A stretch of 64,000 nucleotides of DNA, from contig CAWANJ010000009.1 of assembly GCA_963783385.1 (NCBI GenBank), positions 128,001-192,000 of the forward strand, given 5' to 3'. The notes under the pieces were generated by a model, which saw nothing but the letters and a program-made list of their open reading frames with translations, was not told the DNA's origin and ran no database searches. The position numbers and the translations under genes are program-made. Source of the DNA: an uncultured Gemmatimonadales bacterium. Lineage in GTDB: Bacteria; Gemmatimonadota; Gemmatimonadetes; Palauibacterales; Palauibacteraceae. This document shows, in pieces, positions 1-9,956 of the stretch (position 1 is its first letter; each line of letters starts with the position of its first letter).

Positions 1-1120
1 GGGCTTCGGGGACTTCGCCGGCTTCCTGGTGGCGTGGGGCTACTGGATCTCGATCTGGGCCGGCAACGCGGCCATCGCCGTGGGGTTCACGACCTACCTG
101 GGCTACCTGGTGCCGCCCCTGTCGGCCACCCCGGCCGCCGGTGCCCTGACGGCCGTGGCGGCGATCTGGGTGGTGACGGCGATCAACGCGCGCGGCGTCC
201 GCGAGGCCGCCATCGTCCAGGGAGTGACCACGGTTCTCAAGATCGTGCCCCTGGTGGCCGTGGGGGTCATCGGGTGCCTGTTCTTCTTCAACGGCGCTCA
301 CTTCCACCCGTTCAACGCGAGCGGCGGCTCCACCCTGGGAGCGGTGGCGACCACCGGCTCCCTCACCCTGTGGGCCTTCCTGGGCCTCGAGTCGGCCACG
401 GTGCCCGCCGAGGAAGTCCGCGACCCCGGCCGTACCATCCCGCGGGCCACGCTGCTCGGGACGGGCTTCGCCGCCCTCATCTACATCGTGGCGACGGCGG
501 GGGTCATGGGCGTGATCGCCCCCTCGGCGCTGGCCGTCTCCCAGGCCCCGTTCGCCGACGCGGCGCGGGTGATGTGGGGAAGCTGGGCGGGGAAGGCCGT
601 GGCCGCGGGGGCCGCCATCTCCTGCCTGGGCGCGCTGAACGGGTGGGTCCTGCTCCAGGCCCGGGTGCCCTGGGCCGCCGCGCGCGACGGCCTGTTTCCC
701 GAGCGCTTCGGCCGGCTGTCCGGCAGCGGCACGCCCGTGTTCGGGCTGGTCGTGTCGAGCGCCCTGGCCACGGTCCTCATGGCCACGAACTACACGGGCG
801 GCCTGATCGCCGTGTACAAGTTCGTGATCCTGCTCTCCACCCTGACCTCCCTGTTCCCCTACGCCCTGTGCGCCATGGCGGAGCTCGTGCTCTTCATCCG
901 CGAGCGCGAGCGGTTCGAGGGGGAGAGGCTCGCGGCGGCCGGGGCCATCGCCGGGGCGGCGTTCCTCTACTCGCTGTGGGCCATCTACGGGACGGGCCAG
1001 AAGACCGTGTTCTGGGGCTTCCTGCTCCTCATGGCCGGGGTGCCCGTATACGTGTGGCTGGTGTCGAGCCGGGCGCGTGCGGCGGCGGGTGGGGCGGGTC
1101 CGGGCGAGGCGACGCGGTAG
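1..1120 (+). CDS. APC-family amino acid/polyamine permease (AdiC/PotE/CadB-like), 5' end outside the window
   Basis: Frame is open from base 2 (GFGDFAGFLVAWGYW). Many hydrophobic helices, with the typical WAFLGLESATVPAEEV.DP..TIPRA and ARDGLFP motifs. Confidence 0.9.
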   Translation, partial: GFGDFAGFLVAWGYWISIWAGNAAIAVGFTTYLGYLVPPLSATPAAGALTAVAAIWVVTAINARGVREAAIVQGVTTVLKIVPLVAVGVIGCLFFFNGAHFHPFNASGGSTLGAVATTGSLTLWAFLGLESATVPAEEVRDPGRTIPRATLLGTGFAALIYIVATAGVMGVIAPSALAVSQAPFADAARVMWGSWAGKAVAAGAAISCLGALNGWVLLQARVPWAAARDGLFPERFGRLSGSGTPVFGLVVSSALATVLMATNYTGGLIAVYKFVILLSTLTSLFPYALCAMAELVLFIRERERFEGERLAAAGAIAGAAFLYSLWAIYGTGQKTVFWGFLLLMAGVPVYVWLVSSRARAAAGGAGPGEATR

Positions 1121-1295
1121 CCGAAACCGCCACACCTCCCCTGCGGGAAGGTTCCATTTCGGCAGTGGCATCGGTGTGGCAGCGCGAGGGGGCCAGCCTC
1201 TGTTGAGGCACTGTTGATACTTCGTATATGACTGGCAACCAATGGGATGGGACTTCACATGTCCCGGGCGGCTCTCTGGAGGACGTCACTTCCTC

Positions 1296-1324
1296 TTGAC
1301 AGTGATTGAGCCCCTGTATACGGT
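1296..1324 (+). promoter_or_regulatory. Candidate sigma70 promoter for the susC operon
   Basis: TTGACA (1296-1301), 17-nt spacer, TACGGT (1319-1324), in an AT-richer intergenic stretch about 150 bp before the ATG. Confidence 0.5.
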
Positions 1325-1471
1325 GTGCCAATGTTAGCGGGGCGTCCGTCCGGAGGGACGGAATGCCCGCGCACGGAAAAAAGAGACGCCGTACCTCGAC
1401 GTGGCCGGAGGTTGGTTCACGACGCCACGGACCTGCGGGTCGCGGGGTACGCACTGAGCCGAGGTACTGCC

Positions 1472-4423
1472 ATGCGCGCACTTCGTTCTGCGGCCCTGCT
1501 TCTCGCCGTCTCTCTCCTCACACTCTTCGCTCCGCCGCTGCACGCCCAGCAGGCCCAGGGCGTGATCGCCGGCCGCGTCATCGACGCGTCCAGCGGCAAG
1601 CCCCTGGCGGGAGCGCAGGTCTCGATCCCGGGGACGGGGCTCGGGGCGATCTGCAACGCCCAGGGTCAGTTCCGGATCGAAGGCGTGACCGGCAGCTCGG
1701 TCACGTTGCGGGTGCAGCTCATCGGCTACACGACCAAGAACGTTCCGGCCTCTCCAGGGGTGACTGACCTTACGATCTCCCTGGACCAGTCGGCGGTGTC
1801 GCTGGAACGGATCGTGGTCACGGCGACGGCGGGCGGCACCAAGGAGCGGGCGCTCGGCAACAAGATCGCCTCGATCAACGCGTCCGAGATTCAGGACGCG
1901 TCCGCGGCCAACTTCTCCAATGTCCTGCACGGCCGTGTGACGGGCATGGTGGTGAGCCAGGGTACCGGCGGCGTGGGCGCGGCGTCGAGGATCGTGGTCC
2001 GCGGCCGGGCGACCCTGTCCCTCAGCAACGCCCCGATCGTCTACATCGACGGCGTGCGCATGAACAGTCAGTCGGAGGGGGGCTTCGGCGAGCAACAGGT
2101 CTCGCGACTGGATGACCTGGACCCGGCGGACATCCAGGACGTCTCGGTCATCAAGGGTCCCTCAGCCGCCACTCTGTACGGCACCGAGGCCTCCAACGGC
2201 GTCATCCTCATCACCACCAAGAAGGGAAGCGCCAGCAAGCCCCGGCTCCGTCTGGACGTGCAGATGGGCAGCAACTGGCTGCGGAATCCCTCCAAGCGGT
2301 TCCTGATGCCCAACTACTACAGGGATCCGAGCTCGGGCACCGTGATCTCGGACAACCCGATCCAGCGCTACGCGGACGCCGGGAAGAACATCTTCCGGAA
2401 CGGGCTCAACCAGCAGTACACGGCGTCGCTCTCGGGCGGGAACGAGGGCCTGCGCTACTACATGAGCGGCCACACGGGACTCAACAACGGCGCCGATCCG
2501 GAGAACTTCGCCGACAAGTACGGCGGGCGCCTCAACCTGACCTTCAGTCCGATCCCGAGCCTGGACATCCAGAGCGGCGTGGGCGTCCACATCGACCGGA
2601 TTGGGCTGGCCCCGCAGGCGGTCGACGAGCTGGGCGTGATTCCGTCGATCATGTGGGGCTGCCCGTGCGACCTGAACAGCCCGCTGGATGGGTTCGAGAT
2701 CGCGCCTCCCGATGTGCTGCGGCGGGCCACCAACCAGTCGGAAAACTCCAACCGCTTCATCCCGAGCCTCACCATCACGCACAGGCCATGGTCGTGGCTC
2801 ACGCAGCGTCTGAACTTCGGCGTGGACTTCACGGACCAGCAGATCGTCCACTTCACCCCCAAGCTGGACGCCCACGACGCGCAGTTCTTCGGACCAGGCA
2901 CGGCCAACGGTACCAGGGAGGTGGACCGCGAGGACGACATCTACACGACCCTGGACTACGGGGCGACGGCCACCGCCCAGGTGAACGACAATCTGCAATC
3001 CAAGACCTCCGTCGGCCTGCAGATCTACGCCAAGCACCTGGAGTATACGACCGCGAACGGTCAGAACTTCCCGAACGCGGGGGTCAAGGTGGTGGCCGGG
3101 GCCGGACTGCAGAAGGGGACGGACAACTACCTTCAGAACAACACGGTGGGCGGGTTCGTGCAGGAGCAGCTGGGCTGGAAGGATCGGCTGTTCCTGACCG
3201 GCGCCGTTCGCGGCGACAAGAACAGCGCCTTCGGCTCGGGCTACAACCTCGCCTACTACCCCAAGGCGAGCCTGAGCTGGGTGGTGAGCGAGGAGCCCTG
3301 GTGGAAGTTCGGCTTCGTCAACTCCTTCAAGATCCGGGCGGCCTACGGGCAGAGTGGCCAGCAGCCCGACGCGTTCGCGGCCCTGCGCACCTTCCAGCCC
3401 CAGTCGATGCCGGACGGCTCCTCGGCGATCACGCCGCAGGCGGTCGGCAACCCCGACCTGGGCCCCGAGCGCGGCAAGGAGATCGAGGCGGGCTTCGACG
3501 CCAGCATGTTCTCCGACCGGGTGTCGGTGAGTCTCACCTACTACAACGATCACACGACCGACGCGATCCTGCAGCGCAACGTCGCCCCCTCGACCGGGTT
3601 CGGCGCCAGCCAGCAGTACGTCAACGTCGGCGAGGTGTTCAATCGCGGCTTCGAGGTCGACGTCCACGGCCAGCCGATCAACTCGAGCATGGTGCAGTGG
3701 GACATGGGCGTCACTTTGGCGACCAACCACAACCTGATCACGAAGCTCGGCATCCCGGGCTACCTGGCCATGGGCTGGACCGGTCGTAACCAGCAGGGCT
3801 ACCCGGTCGGCTCGCAGTGGGCCCACAAGGTCGTCAGCGCCCAGTACGATCCCAACACGCAGGAGGCGGTGAACATCCAGTGTCAGCCCACCAACGGCGG
3901 CACCACGGACTGCCTGGACGGCCCCCGCGTCTACCTGGGCCACCCATATCCGGACGTGTCCGGCTCCTTCCGGACCAACGTCACGCTGGCCGGACGGCTC
4001 ACGCTGAACGGCCTGGTCGACTTCAGGGTCGGGCAGACCAAATACGTCACGGAGTTCTGGAACCGCTGCGTGTGGCGGCAGGTGTGCCGGCAGAACGCAT
4101 ACCCCTCCCAGTACGACCCGAAGATCCTCGCGGCCATTCAGTTGGGCGGAGCCGACGAGTTCAGCTGGTGGCTCCAGAAGGCCAGCTTCGCGCGGCTGCG
4201 GGAGCTGTCCCTGGACTACACCCTTCCGGAGCGGTGGGCGCATCGGCTCGGCGCCACCAGCGCGCGCGTCAGCATCGCCGCCAACAACCTGGGCTACATC
4301 TCCAACTGGCCCGGCATCGACCCGGAGGCGGTGAACCTCCAATACGCGAACTCGCTTCTGGAGGGCCAGGCGGCGATGCCCGCGCTCCAATCGCTGACCG
4401 CCCGCATCGACCTGGTGTGGTGA
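1472..4423 (+). CDS. SusC/RagA-family TonB-dependent outer-membrane transporter
   Basis: Signal peptide after ATG 1472 (GAGGT upstream), N-terminal carboxypeptidase-regulatory-like domain, plug motifs PIVYIDGVR and KGPSAATLYGTEASNGVILITTKKG, GNPDLGPE, C-terminal aromatic W. Confidence 0.95.
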   Translation: MRALRSAALLLAVSLLTLFAPPLHAQQAQGVIAGRVIDASSGKPLAGAQVSIPGTGLGAICNAQGQFRIEGVTGSSVTLRVQLIGYTTKNVPASPGVTDLTISLDQSAVSLERIVVTATAGGTKERALGNKIASINASEIQDASAANFSNVLHGRVTGMVVSQGTGGVGAASRIVVRGRATLSLSNAPIVYIDGVRMNSQSEGGFGEQQVSRLDDLDPADIQDVSVIKGPSAATLYGTEASNGVILITTKKGSASKPRLRLDVQMGSNWLRNPSKRFLMPNYYRDPSSGTVISDNPIQRYADAGKNIFRNGLNQQYTASLSGGNEGLRYYMSGHTGLNNGADPENFADKYGGRLNLTFSPIPSLDIQSGVGVHIDRIGLAPQAVDELGVIPSIMWGCPCDLNSPLDGFEIAPPDVLRRATNQSENSNRFIPSLTITHRPWSWLTQRLNFGVDFTDQQIVHFTPKLDAHDAQFFGPGTANGTREVDREDDIYTTLDYGATATAQVNDNLQSKTSVGLQIYAKHLEYTTANGQNFPNAGVKVVAGAGLQKGTDNYLQNNTVGGFVQEQLGWKDRLFLTGAVRGDKNSAFGSGYNLAYYPKASLSWVVSEEPWWKFGFVNSFKIRAAYGQSGQQPDAFAALRTFQPQSMPDGSSAITPQAVGNPDLGPERGKEIEAGFDASMFSDRVSVSLTYYNDHTTDAILQRNVAPSTGFGASQQYVNVGEVFNRGFEVDVHGQPINSSMVQWDMGVTLATNHNLITKLGIPGYLAMGWTGRNQQGYPVGSQWAHKVVSAQYDPNTQEAVNIQCQPTNGGTTDCLDGPRVYLGHPYPDVSGSFRTNVTLAGRLTLNGLVDFRVGQTKYVTEFWNRCVWRQVCRQNAYPSQYDPKILAAIQLGGADEFSWWLQKASFARLRELSLDYTLPERWAHRLGATSARVSIAANNLGYISNWPGIDPEAVNLQYANSLLEGQAAMPALQSLTARIDLVW

Positions 4424-4476
4424 GGATGAGCATCCCGACGTCGAACGCGTTCCGCGGAAGGACAGGAGAGGCAACC

Positions 4477-5769
4477 ATGGCAGGTCGACATAGCCGCAGG
4501 TGGATGGAGCGTGGGATCCGGATGGTCGTGGCGGGCGCCATGGCGGCCCTGGTGACCGCGTGCGGACCCCTCGACAGCCTCACGAACGTGGAAGAGCCCT
4601 CGCAGGTGCAGGCCTCGGACGTGCAGGACCCCGCCAGCGCGGAGCTCCTGGTCAACAGCTCTGTCAACGACTTCCAGTGTGCGCTGGCCGGCTACATCGT
4701 GGCGACCGGCTACGTGGGGACGGAGCTGGAGGCGGCGTCCAACACGGGTGGTGGCTCGTACGTGTTCTACGACCAGCGCGCCTGGACGCCAGAAGGATTC
4801 GGTGCCACCTATGATACCGGCAACTGCGGCAGCCTGACCATCTACGAACCGCTTTCCACCGCGCGCTGGATGGCCGACAACGCCCTGACCCTTCTGGAGG
4901 GTTGGACGGACGCGCAGGTGGCCCACCGCAAAGATCTCATGGCGACGGCGGCGACGTACGCCGGTTACAGCTACACGCTGCTGGGTGAGAGCATGTGCTC
5001 GGCGGCGTTCGACCTCGGACCGGCCCTCCAGCCGGCCGACATCTTCAAGCTGGCCGAGGCCCGGTTCAGCACGGCGATCCAGAACGCCAGCGTGGACAGC
5101 ATCAAGAACATGGCGCTCGTCGGCCGCGCACGCGTGCGGCTGGACCTGGGAGACATGGCCAACGCCAAAGCCGACGCCGACCAGGTGCCGCAGGGCTTCG
5201 CCGTGTACGGGAGCTACTCGAACGTGGCGTCTACCACGGAGAACACGATCTGGACCACCATGAACCGGGAGCTCACGGCCTCCGTCGAGGGCCCGCCCTA
5301 CAGGAACATGCAGTTCGATGGGACGCCGGACCCACGCGTCCAGCTCACGGACCTGGGCATCAAGGGCCCCGGCAGCGACGTGGAGATGTTCGCGGCCGAC
5401 AAGTACCCGAGCATCTCGAGCCCCATCCCGATCGCCACCTGGCGTGAGGCGTGGCTCATCCGGGCCGAGGGTGACCTGGCGGCCGGGAACGTCCAGTCGG
5501 CCGTGGACCGGATCAACGACCTCCACGACAACGTGGGATTGCCCCACTACAACAGCACCAACGCCGACTCCGTGATGGAGCAGCTCATCTACGAGCGGCG
5601 CGCCGAGCTCTTCCTGGAGGGGCAGCACCTCGAGGACATCAAGCGCCTCAACCTGCCGCTCGTGCCGGCGCCGGGGACGCCGTTCCGGTTCGGCGGAAAG
5701 TACCAGGCCCAGACCTGCTTCCCGCTTCCTGGCGTGGAGTACCTGAACAACCCGAACACGAACGGGTGA
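4477..5769 (+). CDS. SusD/RagB-family surface lipoprotein
   Basis: AGGAGAG RBS, lipobox LVTAC, C-terminal EAWLIRAE...YERRAELFLEGQHLEDIKR...CFPLP motif, directly after susC. Confidence 0.92.
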   Translation: MAGRHSRRWMERGIRMVVAGAMAALVTACGPLDSLTNVEEPSQVQASDVQDPASAELLVNSSVNDFQCALAGYIVATGYVGTELEAASNTGGGSYVFYDQRAWTPEGFGATYDTGNCGSLTIYEPLSTARWMADNALTLLEGWTDAQVAHRKDLMATAATYAGYSYTLLGESMCSAAFDLGPALQPADIFKLAEARFSTAIQNASVDSIKNMALVGRARVRLDLGDMANAKADADQVPQGFAVYGSYSNVASTTENTIWTTMNRELTASVEGPPYRNMQFDGTPDPRVQLTDLGIKGPGSDVEMFAADKYPSISSPIPIATWREAWLIRAEGDLAAGNVQSAVDRINDLHDNVGLPHYNSTNADSVMEQLIYERRAELFLEGQHLEDIKRLNLPLVPAPGTPFRFGGKYQAQTCFPLPGVEYLNNPNTNG

Positions 5770-5794
5770 GGTCGATCCGGCGCGAACTCACGCC

Positions 5795-7863
5795 ATGACG
5801 GGGATCGCGCATGGGAGGGCGGTGCGTCCGGCGCTTCGGCGACCGGATGCGCCGCCTTCGCCTTACGGGCTGCTCGCGTCGGCCGTGGCGTGTGCGGCGC
5901 TGGTGGCGTGGAGCGCGGCGCCGGCGGCGGCGCAGGCGGGCGGATCGGGGGCGCGGCGGCGACGGGGCGGCTGGGGCCGGTGCTGCCGGTGCCCTACGAG
6001 CGGGCGATCGAGGCGGGGACGCGGAGCCGGACGGGGGCGCCGGGTTCGAAGTACTGGCAGAACGGGGCGGACTACGACATCCGGGCGCGGGTCTCGCCGC
6101 GCGACTCGCTCCTGTCGGCCGACGAACGGGTGGTCTACCACAACCGCTCGCCCGACACCCTGACGACGGTCGTCTTCCACCTGTACCAGAACCTCATGAG
6201 CCCGTGGGCCCGGCGCGAGCGGCCCACGGCGCCCTGGATCGCCACCCACGGCATGGTGATCGAGCGGCTGGTGGCCCAGGGCCGTCCGATCGCCATCCCG
6301 GACAACATGCGGGGCGAGCCGGCGGGGCCGCGTGGCGCCAGCATCTACAGTACGCTCATGTCCGTGCCCCTCCCCGAGCCCCTCCTGCCTGGCGACAGCG
6401 CCGCCTTCCAGGTCTCCTGGCACTTCAAGATCCCGCCCTCCCACGTGCAGGCGCCCGGCTGCTGGGGAGGATGCCGCATGGGGATGCAGGACCCGGGGAC
6501 GGCGCAGGTGGCGCAGTGGTACCCGCAGATCGCGGTGTACGACGACGTGCACGGGTGGGACACGGAGCAGTACACGGGGACGGGGGAGTTCTACCTGGAC
6601 TACGGGCGGTTCCGGTACAGCGTGACGCTGCCGGCGGGCACCATCGTGGGGGGGACGGGGACGCTGGAGAATCCCGGCGAGGTGCTGACGGCGAAGGAGC
6701 GCTCGGCGCTGGAGCGGGCGTCGAAGACGGACGAGGTGGTGCAGGTGCTCACGGAGGACGAGTTCGGGGCGGGGACGGCGACGCGGGGGGCGCCGGGGGA
6801 GGCCCTGACGTGGAGGTTCGAGGCGGACAGCGTGCGGGACGTGGCGTTCTCGTTCGGGGACCACTACCGGTGGGACGCGACGCGGGCGCTGGTGGACTCG
6901 GCGCGGGGCCGGTACGCGGCGGTGAACGTGTTCTGGCGGCCGGGGGCGCCGCGCTTCGACCAGGTGGCGGCGATGGCGCGCTCGGCGCTGGAGACGCACT
7001 CGAGCCTCATGGTGCCCTACCCCTACCCGCAGCTCACCGAGACCGAAGGCGTCCGGGGTGGGATGGAGTACCCGATGACCGTGTTCGTCGAAGCGTACGA
7101 CAGCGCCTACGACGAGGACGAGGTGACGGCCCACGAGATCGGGCACGAGTGGTTCCCGATGCTGGTGGGGTCGAACGAGACGCGCTACGGGTGGCAGGAC
7201 GAGGGACTCAACACCTTCGACACCTTCTTCGCCACCGATGCCTTCCTGCCCGCGATGAAGGGGGAGGGGCTGCGCCGCTCCCAGGAGGGCTACGTAAACC
7301 ACGTCCTGAACACGGACGAGGACCTGCAGATCATGTCCCCGGCCAACGCGTTCGACGTGGTCGACGGCGGCTACTCGACCGAGGCGTACGACAAGCCGTC
7401 GGCGGCGCTGTGGGCGCTGCGGTCGATCCTGGGGGACGGGGCGTTCCGGAAGGCGTACAGGGCGTACATCCGGCGGTGGTCCTACCGGCACCCGACGCCG
7501 TATGACTTCTTCGCGACGATGGACGAGGTGACGGGGCGGGACCTGGGGTGGTTCTGGGGTCCGTGGTTCTTCGGCCGGGGCCGGCTGGACCAGGCGGTAG
7601 AGAAGGTGGAGCCGTCGGGGGGCCGGGTGACGGTGACGGTGGCGAACCGGGGGCGGCTGTACGCGCCGGTGGACGTGACGGCGACGCTGGCGGGCGGCGG
7701 GACGGTGCACTGGCGGGAGCCGGCGTCGGTGTGGTTCGGGGGGAAGACGAGCGTGACGACGAGCCACGCGGCGAGCGGGACGGTGACGAAGGTGGAGCTG
7801 GACGCCGCCCACGACTTCCCCGACGTCGACCGCTCCAACGACAGCTGGACGAGGACGCCGTGA
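5795..7863 (+). CDS. M1-family (gluzincin) metallo-aminopeptidase, secreted; apparent frameshift at the G-run 5947-5951
   Basis: GGMEYP, HEIGHEWF and a downstream DEGLN motif in ORF 5890..7863. The signal peptide (AAPAAAQ) lies in ORF 5795; one extra G in the run joins the two. Confidence 0.88.
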
Positions 7864-7933
7864 CACGGAGGCGGCGCTGAAGCCCGAGGACTCTCGCGGA
7901 GGCCGGCGGGACCCGGACCCGGCGGACGGCGGC

Positions 7934-9940
7934 GTGTCAGAGCCGGAGGCTCCGGACGCTCGGGAGCTCGGGCTCGATGGGGAGGAGCGCGAGCTGGGGC
8001 TCGGCTGTCCGATCACGCGACGCGACTTCGTCGGTACCACCCTTCTGGGAGCCGGGGCGGGCCTCCTGGGCCTTCCGGCCCCGCTCGAGCGGGGCCGGGA
8101 AGGGGCCGGCCGCCAGTCCCGGACGACGTCCGCGGCCTCGGGCGGCAGCGCCGGGCCCGGAGACGCCTGGACCGGTTACCCCGGCGTCGGCGACTACGCC
8201 CGCTCCAACGGCAACACGTGGGACGTGGTCACGGCCGGCCACCGCATCCGCGACGGCGTGTTCGACGACCCCCCTCCGCATCCCATCGACACCGGGGAGA
8301 CGTACGACCTGGTGGTGGTCGGGGGTGGCATGAGCGGGCTGGCCGCCGCGCACCGCTTCCGGCGCGAGGCCTCGTCCGGCATGCGGTGCCTCTTGCTCGA
8401 GGACCATCCCGTGTTCGGAGGAGAGTCCAAGCGCAACGTCGTCGAGGTGGACGGCGAACGCCTGATCGCTCCCCAGGGCGCCAACCAGTTCGGCTATCCC
8501 CATCGGCCGGGCCCCGAGCTCACCATGTGCCGGGACGCGGGCGTGCCCACCATGGAGGCGCGGCGCTACCAGCAGTGGGCGGCGGGCGTGAAGCCGCTCG
8601 AGATCGCGCGCGAGAACTGGGAGTACATGCTGTGGAGCGATCTCACCCCGGCCATGGGCTTCTTCTTTGGAGGAGACTCCGGCGGTCGGTGGGTGCGCAA
8701 CATGTGGTCGGACGACCTGGCGGGGGCGCCCTACCCGGAGGCCGAGCGACGGGACCTGCTGCGGTGGAGGAAGGAGACCCGGAAGCCGAAGGAGTTCCCG
8801 GACCGGGATACCCTGGAGCGCTGGCTCGACACCATGACCTACCAGGAGTACCTGGAGGGAGTGCTGGGGCTCGGCCACGCGGTGTCGCGTTACGCCGACC
8901 CCATCCTGGCCTCGTACCTGGGCCTCGGCTGCAATGCGCTCTCCGCCTACATCGCCTACGAGACCGACATGCCGGGCTTCCAGATGTACACGGGGCCCTA
9001 CGACGCCCGCCGCATGACGGACGTGAACATCGACGCGTTCCCGGGTGGGAACGGGGCGGTGGCGCGCTGCGTCGTGAAGTACCTGGTGCCGGACGCCATC
9101 ACCGGCGGTCGTGACTTCGCCGAGGTCCACAACGGGCGCATCCGGTTCGAGGCGCTGGACCGGGACGGCCAGCCGGTGCGCATCCGGCTCGGCTCCACGG
9201 TGGTCCGGGTCGAGCACGAGGGCTCTCCCGCTTCGTCGAGCCGGGTGCGGGTGACCTACACGAACGGAGGCCGGGCCTATACGCTCCGGGCCCGGGCCGT
9301 CGTGATGGCTTCCAACGGCTGGACGGCCAAGCACGTCGTGCGCGACCTCCCGGACGCCTACCACCGGGCCTACGCCGCCTTCCCCCGCTCGCCCGTCCTC
9401 GTGGCCAACGTGGCCCTGCACGACTGGAAGCCCATGTACGACGCGGGCTACACGGCGTTCGAGTGGTTCGAGGGCTTCGGCTTCGCGGCCAACTTCCGGC
9501 GCTCCATGGTCGTGGGCGGCTATCACCCGCCACTCGATCCATCGCGACCCAAGGTCCTCACGCTGTATGTGCCGCTGTTCAAGCCGGGCCTGCCCCTGGA
9601 GGAACAGGGGAAGCAGGCTCGCTACGAGATGTTCGGCACCAGCTACCGTGGCTACGAGAAGATCATCCGCGGCCAGCTCGCGCGACTGTTCGGCGCCTGG
9701 GGCTTCGACCCCGCCCGCGACATCGCGGCGCTGGTCCTCAATCGCTGGGGGCACGCGTACGTGAATCCCGCCCCCGGATTCTTCTTCGGGCGCGACGGCG
9801 CCGACGCTCCGCGCGACGTCATCCGCCGCCGATTCGGTCGCATCGCGTTCGCCGGCGCAGAGCTGGGGGGGCACCAGCACGCCGGCGGGGCCATCCAGGA
9901 AGGATGGCGGGCGGCCGGCCAGTGTCTCGACACGATCTGA
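7934..9940 (+). CDS. Tat-exported FAD-dependent oxidoreductase, spermidine dehydrogenase (SpdH)-like
   Basis: ITRRDFVG twin-arginine signal, DLVVVGGGMSGLAAA FAD motif, FGGESKRN, FPGGN, FDPARDIAALVLNRWGHAY. Confidence 0.8.
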   Translation: MSEPEAPDARELGLDGEERELGLGCPITRRDFVGTTLLGAGAGLLGLPAPLERGREGAGRQSRTTSAASGGSAGPGDAWTGYPGVGDYARSNGNTWDVVTAGHRIRDGVFDDPPPHPIDTGETYDLVVVGGGMSGLAAAHRFRREASSGMRCLLLEDHPVFGGESKRNVVEVDGERLIAPQGANQFGYPHRPGPELTMCRDAGVPTMEARRYQQWAAGVKPLEIARENWEYMLWSDLTPAMGFFFGGDSGGRWVRNMWSDDLAGAPYPEAERRDLLRWRKETRKPKEFPDRDTLERWLDTMTYQEYLEGVLGLGHAVSRYADPILASYLGLGCNALSAYIAYETDMPGFQMYTGPYDARRMTDVNIDAFPGGNGAVARCVVKYLVPDAITGGRDFAEVHNGRIRFEALDRDGQPVRIRLGSTVVRVEHEGSPASSSRVRVTYTNGGRAYTLRARAVVMASNGWTAKHVVRDLPDAYHRAYAAFPRSPVLVANVALHDWKPMYDAGYTAFEWFEGFGFAANFRRSMVVGGYHPPLDPSRPKVLTLYVPLFKPGLPLEEQGKQARYEMFGTSYRGYEKIIRGQLARLFGAWGFDPARDIAALVLNRWGHAYVNPAPGFFFGRDGADAPRDVIRRRFGRIAFAGAELGGHQHAGGAIQEGWRAAGQCLDTI

Positions 9941-9956
9941 TACGGGAGAGAACCGC

